39,530 nucleotides of DNA from an uncultured Dehalococcoidaceae bacterium (lineage in GTDB: Bacteria; Chloroflexota; Dehalococcoidia; Dehalococcoidales; RBG-16-60-22), in assembly GCA_964442335.1 (NCBI GenBank), contig CAYTZI010000001.1:1-39530 (forward strand), given 5' to 3'. The notes under the pieces were generated by a model. The model did no database searches. It had not been told where the DNA came from and worked only from the letters and a program-made list of their open reading frames with translations. The translations under genes and the position numbers were made by a program. Of the stretch, positions 1-8,265 are shown piece after piece; position 1 is the stretch's first letter, and each line of letters starts with the position of its first letter.

Positions 1-1
1 C

Positions 2-1900
2 GTAGGCCAGGTCACCGAATATGCGCGGGGCCTCCCCTGCGTGGCAATAGCACGTGATTATAAATTCATGTGCTCCGACCCCGGCCAGGACCTGATCAGG
101 AACGACATCAGGGAACAGGGATTGAACCGCGTCGTGGTGGCCTCGTGTTCACCCCGGTTACACGAGCCTACCTTCCGGCGGACCGTAACCAGCGCCGGCC
201 TGAACCCTTATCTCTTCGAGATGGCTAACATCCGGGAGCAATGCGCCTGGGTGCACCAGGACAAAGAAAAGGCCACCGAAAAAGCCAAAGCGCTGGTAAA
301 CGCCGCTGTGAGGCGCGTTTTCTACCACGAAGCGCTGGAGACCAAGGAGGTTTCCGTTAATCCTCACACGCTGGTCGTGGGTGCGGGCATCGCCGGTATC
401 CAGGCAGCCCTGGAAATAGCCGATGCCGGCCATAAGGTCTATCTGGTGGAACGGGAGCCGTCGATAGGGGGCAATATGGCCCGGCTGGACAAGACCTTCC
501 CCACCCTGGACTGTTCCGCCTGAATATTAACACCGAAGATGGCCTCGGTGAGGTCACACAAAAACATCGAGCTGATGACGTACAGCGAGGTGGTGGAGGT
601 ATCCGGCTATGTGGGCAATTTCCAGGTGAAAATAAGAAAGAAGCCGCGCTACGTGGACGACAGCAAATGCACCGGCTGCGGCACCTGCCAGGAAAAGTGC
701 CCGATAAAAGTAGACAATGAATTTGACGCCGGCATCGGCAAGAGAAAAGCAATCTATACGCCTTTCCCCCAGGCAGTGCCGAATGTGCCCGTTATCGACA
801 CGGAGCACTGCACCTATTTCCTTAAGGGCAAGTGCCGAGCCTGTGAGAAGTTCTGCGAAGCCAAGGCGATCGACTATGAGCAGAAAGAGAAAGTAATCGA
901 GGCGGAAGTGGGCAACATTATCGTCACCACCGGCTTCGACTCGTTCGACCCGTCGGTGATGGTACAGATGGGCTATGGCCAGTACGCGAACGTCATCACC
1001 GGCATCCAGTTCGAGAGGATGAGCAACGCTTCAGGGCCGACCGACGGCAAGATACTGCTTAAAGACGGCACCTCTCCAAAGAGCGTCGCCATCCTGCACT
1101 GCATCGGCAGCCGCGATACCAACTATCACAAATACTGCTCGCGGGTCTGCTGCATGTATTCCCTCAAGTTTTCTCACCTGCTTCGAGAAAAAGTGCCGGA
1201 AGCGACTGTTTACCAGCTTTATATCGACATGCGCTGCGCCGGCTCCGGCTACGAGGAGTTCTACGAAAGACTACAGGAGGAAGGCGTTAATTTTATCCGC
1301 GGCAAGGCGGGTGAGGTCACCGATATCCCGGAAAAGCCTGAAGAAAAGGGCAAGCTAATGGTCATCGTGGAGGACACGCTCATAAGGCGTAAGCGGCGCC
1401 TGCCGGTGGACATGGTCGTTTTAAGCTGCGCGCTGGAGCCGCGCTCGGACGCGGAAAGCGTGGCCAGGACATTCTCCCTGAGCCGCAAGGCGGATGGCTT
1501 TTTCCTGGAAAAGCACCCCAAGCTCGACCCGGTGGCCACCACCACGGACGGCGTTTTCATCGCCGGCTGCTGCCAGAGCCCGAAGGACATCCCGGACACG
1601 GTAGCGCAGGCGTCGGCGGCGGCAGCCAGGGTCCTGGCGATGATAACCAAGGGCAACGTGGAGCTGGAATCGACCACCGCCGTCGTAGACGAGGAACGCT
1701 GCGCCGGGTGCAAGATATGCATCGGGCTATGTTCCTACAAGGCTATCACCTACGATGAAGAAAAGAAGGTAGTCCACATCAATGAAGCGCTCTGTAAGGG
1801 CTGCGGCACCTGTGTGGCCGCCTGCCCCAGCGGCGCCATTAAAGGCCGGCATTTTACCACCGAGCAGATCATGTCCGAGATTGAGGGGGTATTAGCATGA
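2..1900 (+). CDS. hdrA: Heterodisulfide reductase subunit A-like FAD/FeS protein, 5'-partial, with an in-frame TGA (521-523) read as selenocysteine
   Basis: The frame is open from the window edge ([29 protein letters not shown]...). Track ORFs 41..523 and 539..1900 share a frame (both 2 mod 3) and are separated only by TGA 521-523, in ...FPTLDCSA-[TGA]-ILTPKM..., where HdrA proteins carry a conserved Cys. GxGxxG FAD motif (VVGAGIAGI). Ferredoxin-type motifs [23 protein letters not shown] and [12 protein letters not shown]. Confidence 0.85.
531..550 (+). promoter_or_regulatory. SECIS-like hairpin downstream of the hdrA UGA
   Basis: CACCGA (531-536) - agatggcc - TCGGTG (545-550). A perfect 6 bp stem with an 8 nt loop, starting 8 nt after TGA 521-523. 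Confidence 0.45.
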
Positions 1901-2319
1901 GCTTTGAGCCGAAGATTGTTGGTATTTTGTGCAACTGGTGCTCCTACGCCGGCGCTGACCTGGCCGGCACATCACGCAAGAAGTACGCTCCCAACATACG
2001 GGTGGTACGCGTCATGTGCTCCGGAAGAGTTGACCCAACCTTCGTTCTGAAAGCCTTTAAAGGGGGAGCCGATGGCGTTCTTGTCTGCGGCTGACATCCC
2101 GGTGAATGTCATTACCAGGATGGTAATATGAAGACAGCCCGAAGGATGCCTTTATTAAAGAAGATGCTTTCCCAGTTCGGGGTTGAAGACGGGAGGGTGC
2201 GCCTGGAATGGGTCTCGGCGTCAGAGGGAGACCGTTTTGCCAGCGTCGTCAACGAAATGACGGAACAGGTAAGGCAACTGGGACCTTTCAGTCGTGATGG
2301 AGGTGGTCAGAATGCCTAA
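1897..2319 (+). CDS. mvhD: MvhD-type (methyl-viologen-reducing hydrogenase delta subunit / FlpD family) protein with an in-frame TGA (2092-2094) read as selenocysteine
   Basis: Track ORFs 1897..2094 and 2128..2319 share a frame (1 mod 3). The joined product [24 protein letters not shown]...GADGVLVCG-[TGA][11 protein letters not shown]...LEWVSASEG fits the MvhD signature ([14 protein letters not shown]-HxG-D/E-CHY), with the TGA at the Cys position. ATGA start/stop overlap with hdrA. Confidence 0.85.
2111..2127 (+). promoter_or_regulatory. SECIS-like hairpin downstream of the mvhD UGA
   Basis: ATTACC (2111-2116) - aggat - GGTAAT (2122-2127). A 6 bp stem with a 5 nt loop, starting 17 nt after TGA 2092-2094. 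Confidence 0.4.
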
Positions 2320-3307
2320 ACCGAAACTGGCCCTGTACTGGGCGGCTTCCTGCGGCGGCTGCGATGTGGCCGTCCTCGATACCAATGAAAAAATACTGGA
2401 TATCGCCAGCCTGGCCGACATAGTGTTCTGGCCGATAGCCCTTGACTTTAAATACCACCACGTCGAGGCCATGGAAGACAAAAGTATTGATTTATGCCTC
2501 TTTAACGGGGCTATCAGGAGCACCGAGCAGGAGAAAATCGCCAGGCTGCTCCGCGAGAAGTCGAAAGTGATGGTGGCTTTCGGCGCCTGCGCCTGCTTCG
2601 GCGGCATACCAGCGCTGGCGAATTTCAGCGACCGCAACGAAATATTCCAGCGGGTTTATATCGAGGCGCCATCAAACAATAACGAGCCCGGAACCGTCCC
2701 GCTGGCACAAACCAGGGTTGCCGAAGGAGAGCTGGAACTACCGGAGCTATTCGACACGGTGCTGACGCTGGCGCAGGTGGTCGACGTGGAATACTTCGTG
2801 CCGGGCTGCCCGCCCCCGCCGGACCTAATTCTAAAGCTGGTGGGCCTCTTTGCCAGTGGTCAACTGCCTCCGGCAGGCTCGGTAATCGCTTCGGACAAGA
2901 CGCTCTGCGACGAGTGCAAGCGCGTCAAAGAGGAAAAGAAGATAACCAGGCTTTACCGGCCCCACGAAATTAAACCCGACCCCGAGAAGTGCCTGCTGGA
3001 GCAGGGTATAATCTGCTGCGGTCCGGCTACCCGGGGAGGGTGCGGCCTGCGCTGCATCGAAGCCAATATGCCCTGCCGCGGCTGCTTCGGGCCGCCGCCG
3101 GGGGTCATCGACCAGGGCGCCAAGCTCGTCAGCGCCATCGCTTCCATTTACCAGGCGGATAACGAGGACGAGATTAAGAAAATGGTGAACGAGGTGGTCG
3201 ACCCGGCGGGTACTTTTTACAGATTCGGGCTGGCCGATTCGATGCTGCGGAGAAAGCGCCTTAACAAGAGCCAAGGGAGGACATCTGATGAAGAAGATCA
3301 GCATTGA
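2312..3307 (+). CDS. mvhG: [NiFe] hydrogenase small subunit, group 3 (MvhG-like)
   Basis: N-terminus [22 protein letters not shown], and Cys clusters (GACACFGG, VPGCPPP, CDECK, CCGPATRGGCGLRC, CRGCFGP) typical of cytoplasmic group 3 small subunits. I prefer ATG 2312 (GGAGGTGG ends 5 nt upstream) over the track start at 2294. Overlaps the mvhD stop. Confidence 0.85.
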   Translation: MPKPKLALYWAASCGGCDVAVLDTNEKILDIASLADIVFWPIALDFKYHHVEAMEDKSIDLCLFNGAIRSTEQEKIARLLREKSKVMVAFGACACFGGIPALANFSDRNEIFQRVYIEAPSNNNEPGTVPLAQTRVAEGELELPELFDTVLTLAQVVDVEYFVPGCPPPPDLILKLVGLFASGQLPPAGSVIASDKTLCDECKRVKEEKKITRLYRPHEIKPDPEKCLLEQGIICCGPATRGGCGLRCIEANMPCRGCFGPPPGVIDQGAKLVSAIASIYQADNEDEIKKMVNEVVDPAGTFYRFGLADSMLRRKRLNKSQGRTSDEEDQH

Positions 3308-4760
3308 CCCTATAACCAGGCTTGAGGGACACGGCAAAATAGAGATATTCCTCAATGACGATGGCGATGTCGAGAATGCCTATCTACAGATACCGGAGCT
3401 ACGGGGATTTGAAAAGTTCTGCGAGGGCAGGCCGGTCGAGGAGCTGCCCCGCATCGTAACGCGTATCTGCGGGGTCTGACCAGGGGCACATCACATGGCC
3501 TCGTGCAAGGCCACCGATGTCGTCTACCACGCCGAACCTCCTCCGGCCGGTAAAAAGCTGCGTGAGCTTTTCTACTGCGCTCACATGCTTCATTCCCATA
3601 TCGCACATTTCTATGCCCTGGCCGCCCCCGATTTCGTCCTGGGCCCGATGAGCGACCCGGCGAAGAGGAATATCCTGGGACTGGTGGAAAAGGTGGGCCT
3701 TAGCACCGGTACCGAGGTAATAAAACACCGCGCTTACGCCCAGGAAATCCAGGCCGTTATCGGCGGCAAGGCGACCCACCCCGTGTGCGGTCTTCCCGGC
3801 GGCATGAGCAAGCCTATAACCGAGGAGGAGCGCCGGGACTTTGAAGAGAAAGCGAAGTCGCTGGTGGAGTTCGCCAGGTTCAGCCTGACGCTCTTCAACG
3901 ACCTGGTGCTTGAAAATAAAGAATATCTGGACTTAATTACCGGCGATATCTACTCCATGAAAAGCTATTACATGGGCATGGTCGATACGAGCAACAAAGT
4001 TAACTTCTACGAGGGAGACATCCGGGTGGTCGACCCCGACGGTAAAGAGGCTGCCAGATTTAAGGCCACCGAATATCTGGACTATATCGCCGAGCATACC
4101 GAACCGTGGTCTTACCTGAAGTTCCCCTTCCTGAAGAAGGTCGGCTGGAAAGGCATGGTCGAGGGCAAGGAAAGCGGTGTATACCGCGTCAGCCCTCTCG
4201 CCCGGCTCAACGCCGCCGACGGCATGGCCACGCCACTGGCGCAGGCCGAATACGAAAAGCTGTACCAGACCCTCGGCGGGAAACCGGTCCACGCCACGCT
4301 CGCCTTCCACTGGGCCAGACTGGTCGAGATACTTTACGCCGCCGAACACCTCCTGGAACTGTGCCAGGACAAAGAAATCACCAGCCCCGACGTGAGGGTT
4401 ATACCCACAGCCACCCCGGACGAGGGTATCGCGGCCGTAGAAGCGCCGCGAGGAACGCTGATACACCACTATAAAACGGACGAGAACGGCATCGTCCAGA
4501 AGGTAAACCTGATTGTAGCCACGGCGCACAACTACCCTGCCATGAACATGTCGATAAGGAACGCGGCCCGGGGGCTTATCAAGAAGGGGCATGAAGTCTC
4601 AGAAGGATTGCTGAACATGGTGGAAATGGCCTTTCGCGCCTACGACCCGTGTATGGCCTGCGCCACACACACACTGCCAGGGCAGATGCCCCTCGAGGTG
4701 ATTATCTACAACAGCCGGGGAGAAGAAACCAGACGGCTAAGCCGGTGTTTACGCGCTTAA
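3288..4760 (+). CDS. mvhA: [NiFe] hydrogenase large subunit, group 3 (MvhA-like), with an in-frame TGA (3477-3479) read as selenocysteine in the N-terminal metal-binding motif
   Basis: Track ORFs 3288..3479 and 3495..4760 share a frame (0 mod 3). MKKISIDPITRLEGHGKIEI..., L1 motif RICGV-[TGA]-PGAHHMAS, and C-terminal motif YDPCMACATH (4641-4670) followed by a short extension. GGGAGGA RBS upstream of ATG 3288. Confidence 0.85.
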
Positions 4761-4787
4761 CGCTTAATTGCTAAATATGAGGGATAA

Positions 4788-5252
4788 ATGCAGACATTAG
4801 TGCTCGGGCTCGGCAATCCAATCCTCAGGGACGACGGCATAGGACCGCGGGTCGCCAGAGAGCTCGAAGGGAAACTGATCGAAAACGTAACGGTTGCTGA
4901 GACCAGCCTGGCGGGCCTGAACCTGCTCGACCTGATGGTTGGCTATGATAAAGTCATTATTATAGATGCCATTAAGACCGATAAAGGTAGACCGGGACGG
5001 ATTTATCACCTTAATGTTGACGATTTTCAGTTTACGCGGCATGCCGCCTCAACCCATGACATCAACCTGGCGACCGCACTCGAACTCGGTAAAAAAATGG
5101 GACTTTTACTGCCGCAGCAGATAGATATACTTGCTATCGATGTAGAGGAAACCGACCATTTCGGCGAAGAACTCACGCCAGAGGTGGAAGAGGCGATTCC
5201 TGTGTGTCTGGAAATGATCCTTGCTGAACTAACAGCCGGCAACATCGCCTGA
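4788..5252 (+). CDS. Hydrogenase maturation endopeptidase (HybD/HycI/FrhD family)
   Basis: MQTLVLGLGNPILRDDGIGPRV... carries the GNxxxxDDGxG signature. Located directly downstream of the large subunit, whose C-terminal extension it would cleave. Confidence 0.85.
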   Translation: MQTLVLGLGNPILRDDGIGPRVARELEGKLIENVTVAETSLAGLNLLDLMVGYDKVIIIDAIKTDKGRPGRIYHLNVDDFQFTRHAASTHDINLATALELGKKMGLLLPQQIDILAIDVEETDHFGEELTPEVEEAIPVCLEMILAELTAGNIA

Positions 5253-5281
5253 CCGGCCATGCTGCCGCTAATTTTAGCAGG

Positions 5282-5467
5282 TCAAGCCAGATTGCTTCTT
5301 ACTCTCGCGAGGGCTTCCTTCCGTGCCCTGGCCCGTCTCCTCGCCCTTGCACGGCTCTCTTTCCAGACCGCCCAGAGACCCGAAACGTTGATAAACCAGA
5401 TGAAAACGGCTGGGAACAAAATGACCGGTATTGCGATGGCTATGGCTATGATTGCTCCGGTTGTCAT
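5282..5467 (-). CDS. Small (61 aa) membrane protein with an Arg-rich C-terminal tail, function unknown
   Basis: MTTGAIIAIAIAIPVILFPAVFIWFINVSGLWAV (one or two TM segments), then KESRARARRRARARKEALARV. Strong RBS on the minus strand (GGAGGTGG, 7 nt before the ATG at 5467). The competing + strand ORF 5259..5558 has no comparable signal. Confidence 0.55.
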   Translation of the reverse strand: MTTGAIIAIAIAIPVILFPAVFIWFINVSGLWAVWKESRARARRRARARKEALARVRSNLA

Positions 5468-5715
5468 TGTTTTCCACCTCCCTCAAGATGTCCTGGAAAT
5501 TCAATTTGCTATTACGGTCGACTCCCCTTCATATTTCCACATTAAGCATATAATGTGAGCGTTAATACACGCTTCCGCTGGAGTGCTTATTTCTTTGCAG
5601 TATTAATGCCTATCAGTAACTATAAACAGATTTCGTAATTGTAGTATACAATTATATTTCTCGTTTCAATGGTGAAAGTGGCCGGCACCAGCTTAACCAT
5701 CAGGACCTGCTAAAT

Positions 5716-6003
5716 ATGCTTTATAAGCATGCCACTCGCCGTTTTAGCCTTTCGAAAAATCCGGTGGCCGAACTCGATGGCATGGCCCAGCTTATAACGT
5801 GGCTGCTGGCGAGGGCCGGGATAAAAGGCTTCACCGGTCATGATTTGCGCCGCACTTTCACCACTCTGGTAACAACCGCCAGCCGTGATGAATTTCTGAC
5901 CTTGCGCCCGATACGCGGCCGCTTTCCCGGCCTCGGCGACCGCTATATCCTTTATCCGATGGGCCAATTAGTCGAAGCTCTCCAGAAGTATTCTCCCATC
6001 AGG
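5716..6003 (+). pseudogene. C-terminal fragment of a tyrosine recombinase (phage-type integrase)
   Basis: ...ARAGIKGFTGHDLRRTFTTLVTT...LRPIRGRFPGLGDRYILY...ALQKYSPI matches the box II region (HxLRxTfat, then the catalytic Tyr region), with the usual LGH His replaced. It is fused in-frame in the track to the downstream GNAT ORF and has no N-terminal domains on this strand. Confidence 0.6.
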
Positions 6004-6129
6004 CAAGCCGCCCGGCTGAACCCCCAATCCTATACCACGATGAAAACCTCAGTTACCCAAATAGAGTTGAGTCCGCGATATCGTGAGGGTATAATAATAA
6101 GCAATCTCCAGTCAAAGTCGCCCAGAGGT

Positions 6130-6606
6130 ATGATAAGAAGACTTTCGATAAAAGACGCTGACGTCATCTTTGAAATCATAAACAAGGCAGCTCACGCTTA
6201 TCAGAGTGCCGTCCCTGATGACTGCTACCACGACCCCTATATGCCTGAGGAAGAGTTGCTCCGCGAGATGGCAGGTATGACTTTCTTTGGCTGGCATGAA
6301 GGTGGCAAGGTCGTTGGCGTAATAGGCTTCCAACGTGTCAAGGACGTGACCCTTGTCAGGCACGCTTACGTATTACCCGAGTACCAGAGAAAAGGTATCG
6401 GCACAAGGTTGCTTAACCACATAAAACAGATGACGAAGACAAAGAAATTACTGGTAGGGACCTGGGCAGACGCCATCTGGGCAATTCAGTTCTACCAAAA
6501 GCATGGCTTTAAGCTTATGCCCGATAAAGACGAACTCCTGATAAAGTACTGGGATGTTCCCTATCGTCAGATTGAGAACTCTGTCGTACTAGGTATCCAA
6601 ATTTAA
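6130..6606 (+). CDS. GNAT family N-acetyltransferase
   Basis: MIRRLSIKDADVIFEIINKA...VGVIGFQRV...AYVLPEYQRKGIGTRLLNHI...FYQKHGF carries the acetyl-CoA binding Q/RxxGxG motif. I chose ATG 6130 (AGAGG upstream) rather than the track start 5716, which reads through the integrase remnant. ATG 6040 is an alternative. Confidence 0.75.
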   Translation: MIRRLSIKDADVIFEIINKAAHAYQSAVPDDCYHDPYMPEEELLREMAGMTFFGWHEGGKVVGVIGFQRVKDVTLVRHAYVLPEYQRKGIGTRLLNHIKQMTKTKKLLVGTWADAIWAIQFYQKHGFKLMPDKDELLIKYWDVPYRQIENSVVLGIQI

Positions 6607-6690
6607 CAATCTGGACTTTTGTGAAATGGAATCTAGACTAATACTTTTGCTGGCCATCGTATTTGTACACTAACTTAATGCCGGCTTCCG

Positions 6691-7254
6691 CTAATAGTTG
6701 TTCACTACCTTGCCCATTACTTTCACGTACTGTTCTTCGATGTGCACATTCTCGGTGTCGAGACCCACGAATTTGGAGAGGCGCAGCCCGACACCGAAAA
6801 GTACCGACAGCACGGCGATATTGCGGCTACCAAGGACGGTTGACTGGTCCTGTGTGGACATGATCCGGGCTATCTCTTCTTCCGAGAGTGTATCGACGAT
6901 CACGGCGGGCAGGCGGGGAGGCCTGACATCCTGGAGAAGATGGGTATCGGTATAGCCCTTCCGATAAAGCCAGTTAAAGAAAGCCCGGAGGGACCTTACC
7001 CGGCAATTTACCGCCTGAACCGTTATCTTATGACCATGGACGCGCCGCTCCTGGCACCAAAGGATATACTAGCGGACAACGTTTTCGTTGACCGAGCCCA
7101 GGGTGATCGGGCGTCCAGCATCGATAAGCCAACCGAGGAAAGCGCCCAGATTCTGGCGGTACCAGCGCAGGGTAGCCAGCGACTTGCCGTCGGTGCGGTT
7201 ATAGGTGTCGAAATGCTGTATCAATTCCGGTAACCGGAATTGACTCTTGTCCAT
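6691..7254 (-). pseudogene. Tyrosine recombinase/integrase, N-terminal and central parts only, with an in-frame TAG and 3' truncation
   Basis: Track ORFs 7069..7329(-) and 6691..6903(-) are in one frame. Reading through TAG (7069-7071) gives MDKSQFRLPELIQHFDTYNRTDGKSLATLRWYRQNLGAFLGWL...VVR*YILWCQ...TVQAVNCRVRSLRAFFNWLYRKGYTDTHLL...LSEEEIARIM...GSRNIAVLSVLFGVGLRLSKFVGLDTENVHIEEQYVKVMGK. This is the typical SAM-like domain plus the start of the catalytic domain (RN.A...L...G.R.SE, I.V.GK), and it ends before the HxLRH/Tyr region. Adjacent to the 3' side of tRNA-Arg. Confidence 0.75.
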
Positions 7255-7454
7255 GTCCTGCCACCTTAAATTTTTTCTACTTCTCATTGTCTCACTTGCC
7301 CTCGGCACGGGGAATAGCCCACCGGACAAGTAGGCAGCGGGTCAGCTTGAACGTGGAAAAAACGAAAGGAAGCGGGTCAACTTCTCCAAAAAGTGGTCGG
7401 GTGCCGCTGTTTTCAGGGTGGCTTTGGGGCAATTATGAAGCTAAAATGGGGTTT

Positions 7455-7531
7455 TGGCGTCCCTGGAGGGATTCGAACCCACGACCTACTGCTTAGAAGG
7501 CAGCCGCTCTATCCAACTGAGCTACAGGGAC
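7455..7531 (-). tRNA. tRNA-Arg (anticodon TCT), CCA encoded
   Basis: The reverse complement GTCCCTGTAGCTCAGTTGGATAGAGCGGCTGCCTTCTAAGCAGTAGGTCGTGGGTTCGAATCCCTCCAGGGACGCCA folds as a cloverleaf. It has a 7 bp acceptor (GTCCCTG/CAGGGAC), anticodon loop CTTCTAA and a TTCGAAT T-loop, with one T-T mismatch in the T stem. Confidence 0.9.
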
Positions 7532-7632
7532 ACAACATAAATCAACTAAAATTTAACACGAATACATCTCAAGGTCAATATTCCCCTGCAAGTATAGCGG
7601 CGTTTAGTGGCGTATATAGCGGACGAAAATGG

Positions 7633-8106
7633 TCAGGCTGTGAACAAGTCCGCTACCGCCCAGCCGAGGACCGTCGCGCAGGTGACGATTACCCCCGCGA
7701 TAATCACTCCCAGAATGATGGCGGCAAATGCGTACTTGAATTTCATTCTGAGTAATACGGCAAGAACCGAGCCTGTCCAGGCACCCGTAACGGGTAGGGG
7801 AATAGAGACGAAAAGCGTAAGACCGAGCCAGCCATACCGTTCAATGGATTTTGACCTGCGTTCTGTCCATCTGAAATACCATTTAATCAGTCTATCCAGA
7901 AAACCCACGCGGCTCAGCAGCGGTATCAGTTTATCTAAAAACAGCAGTATAAAAGGAACCGGCAACAGATTGCCGACGACACTAAACAGGAAGGCATAGT
8001 ACCAGGGCAAACCATAAACGCCGATAGCTATGGGAATTGCGCCGCGGAGTTCTGATATCGGTATGGCCGCGGTCCCAATTGTTTTCAGGATATCAACGGG
8101 GTCCAT
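7633..8106 (-). CDS. Small multidrug-export-like integral membrane protein (COG2426 / Sm_multidrug_ex-like)
   Basis: 157 aa, about 4 TM segments, ...IPISELRGAIPIAIGVYGLPWYYAF...LPVTGAWTGSVLA... resembles the small multi-drug export protein family. The family assignment is from memory of the motif pattern. Confidence 0.6.
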   Translation of the reverse strand: MDPVDILKTIGTAAIPISELRGAIPIAIGVYGLPWYYAFLFSVVGNLLPVPFILLFLDKLIPLLSRVGFLDRLIKWYFRWTERRSKSIERYGWLGLTLFVSIPLPVTGAWTGSVLAVLLRMKFKYAFAAIILGVIIAGVIVTCATVLGWAVADLFTA

Positions 8107-8189
8107 CTAATAAATCCTGCCTGAGTGTAACAAATGCCGGCGGACAGCGTCAAGAACGATAAACCGCGGTGCCGGACACTCGATTTATC

Positions 8190-8218
8190 TTGACAACCAA
8201 ATGTGTGTGGGATAGTAT
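8190..8218 (+). promoter_or_regulatory. Sigma70-like promoter candidate for the dxs cluster
   Basis: TTGACA (8190-8195), a 17 nt spacer, then TAGTAT (8213-8218), about 48 nt upstream of the dxs ATG at 8266. Confidence 0.45.
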
Positions 8219-8265
8219 TAAATTTGAAGCCCCTCATAAGTATCTCGCGGTGTGCTAGAAAAAAG

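Noticed and set aside
521-3479. Reading the three TGA codons as genuine stops, making hdrA, mvhD and mvhA split genes or pseudogenes.
   Set aside because: Each TGA is in-frame and flanked by intact conserved sequence on both sides. Each falls exactly on a conserved Cys codon. The downstream 'start' codons in the track are merely the first in-frame Met. Two of the three sites have a hairpin at SECIS distance.
5259-5558. Track ORF 5259..5558(+) (99 aa) as a gene downstream of the maturation protease.
   Set aside because: It has no RBS and a low-complexity Leu/Ala/Arg N-terminus. It is antisense to a 61 aa ORF that has a near-consensus RBS and a clean membrane-protein profile.
7069-7071. The in-frame TAG in the integrase as programmed recoding (for example pyrrolysine or readthrough).
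   Set aside because: The gene is also truncated at its 3' end and lacks its catalytic region on this strand. There is no Pyl context. A decaying pseudogene is the simple explanation.
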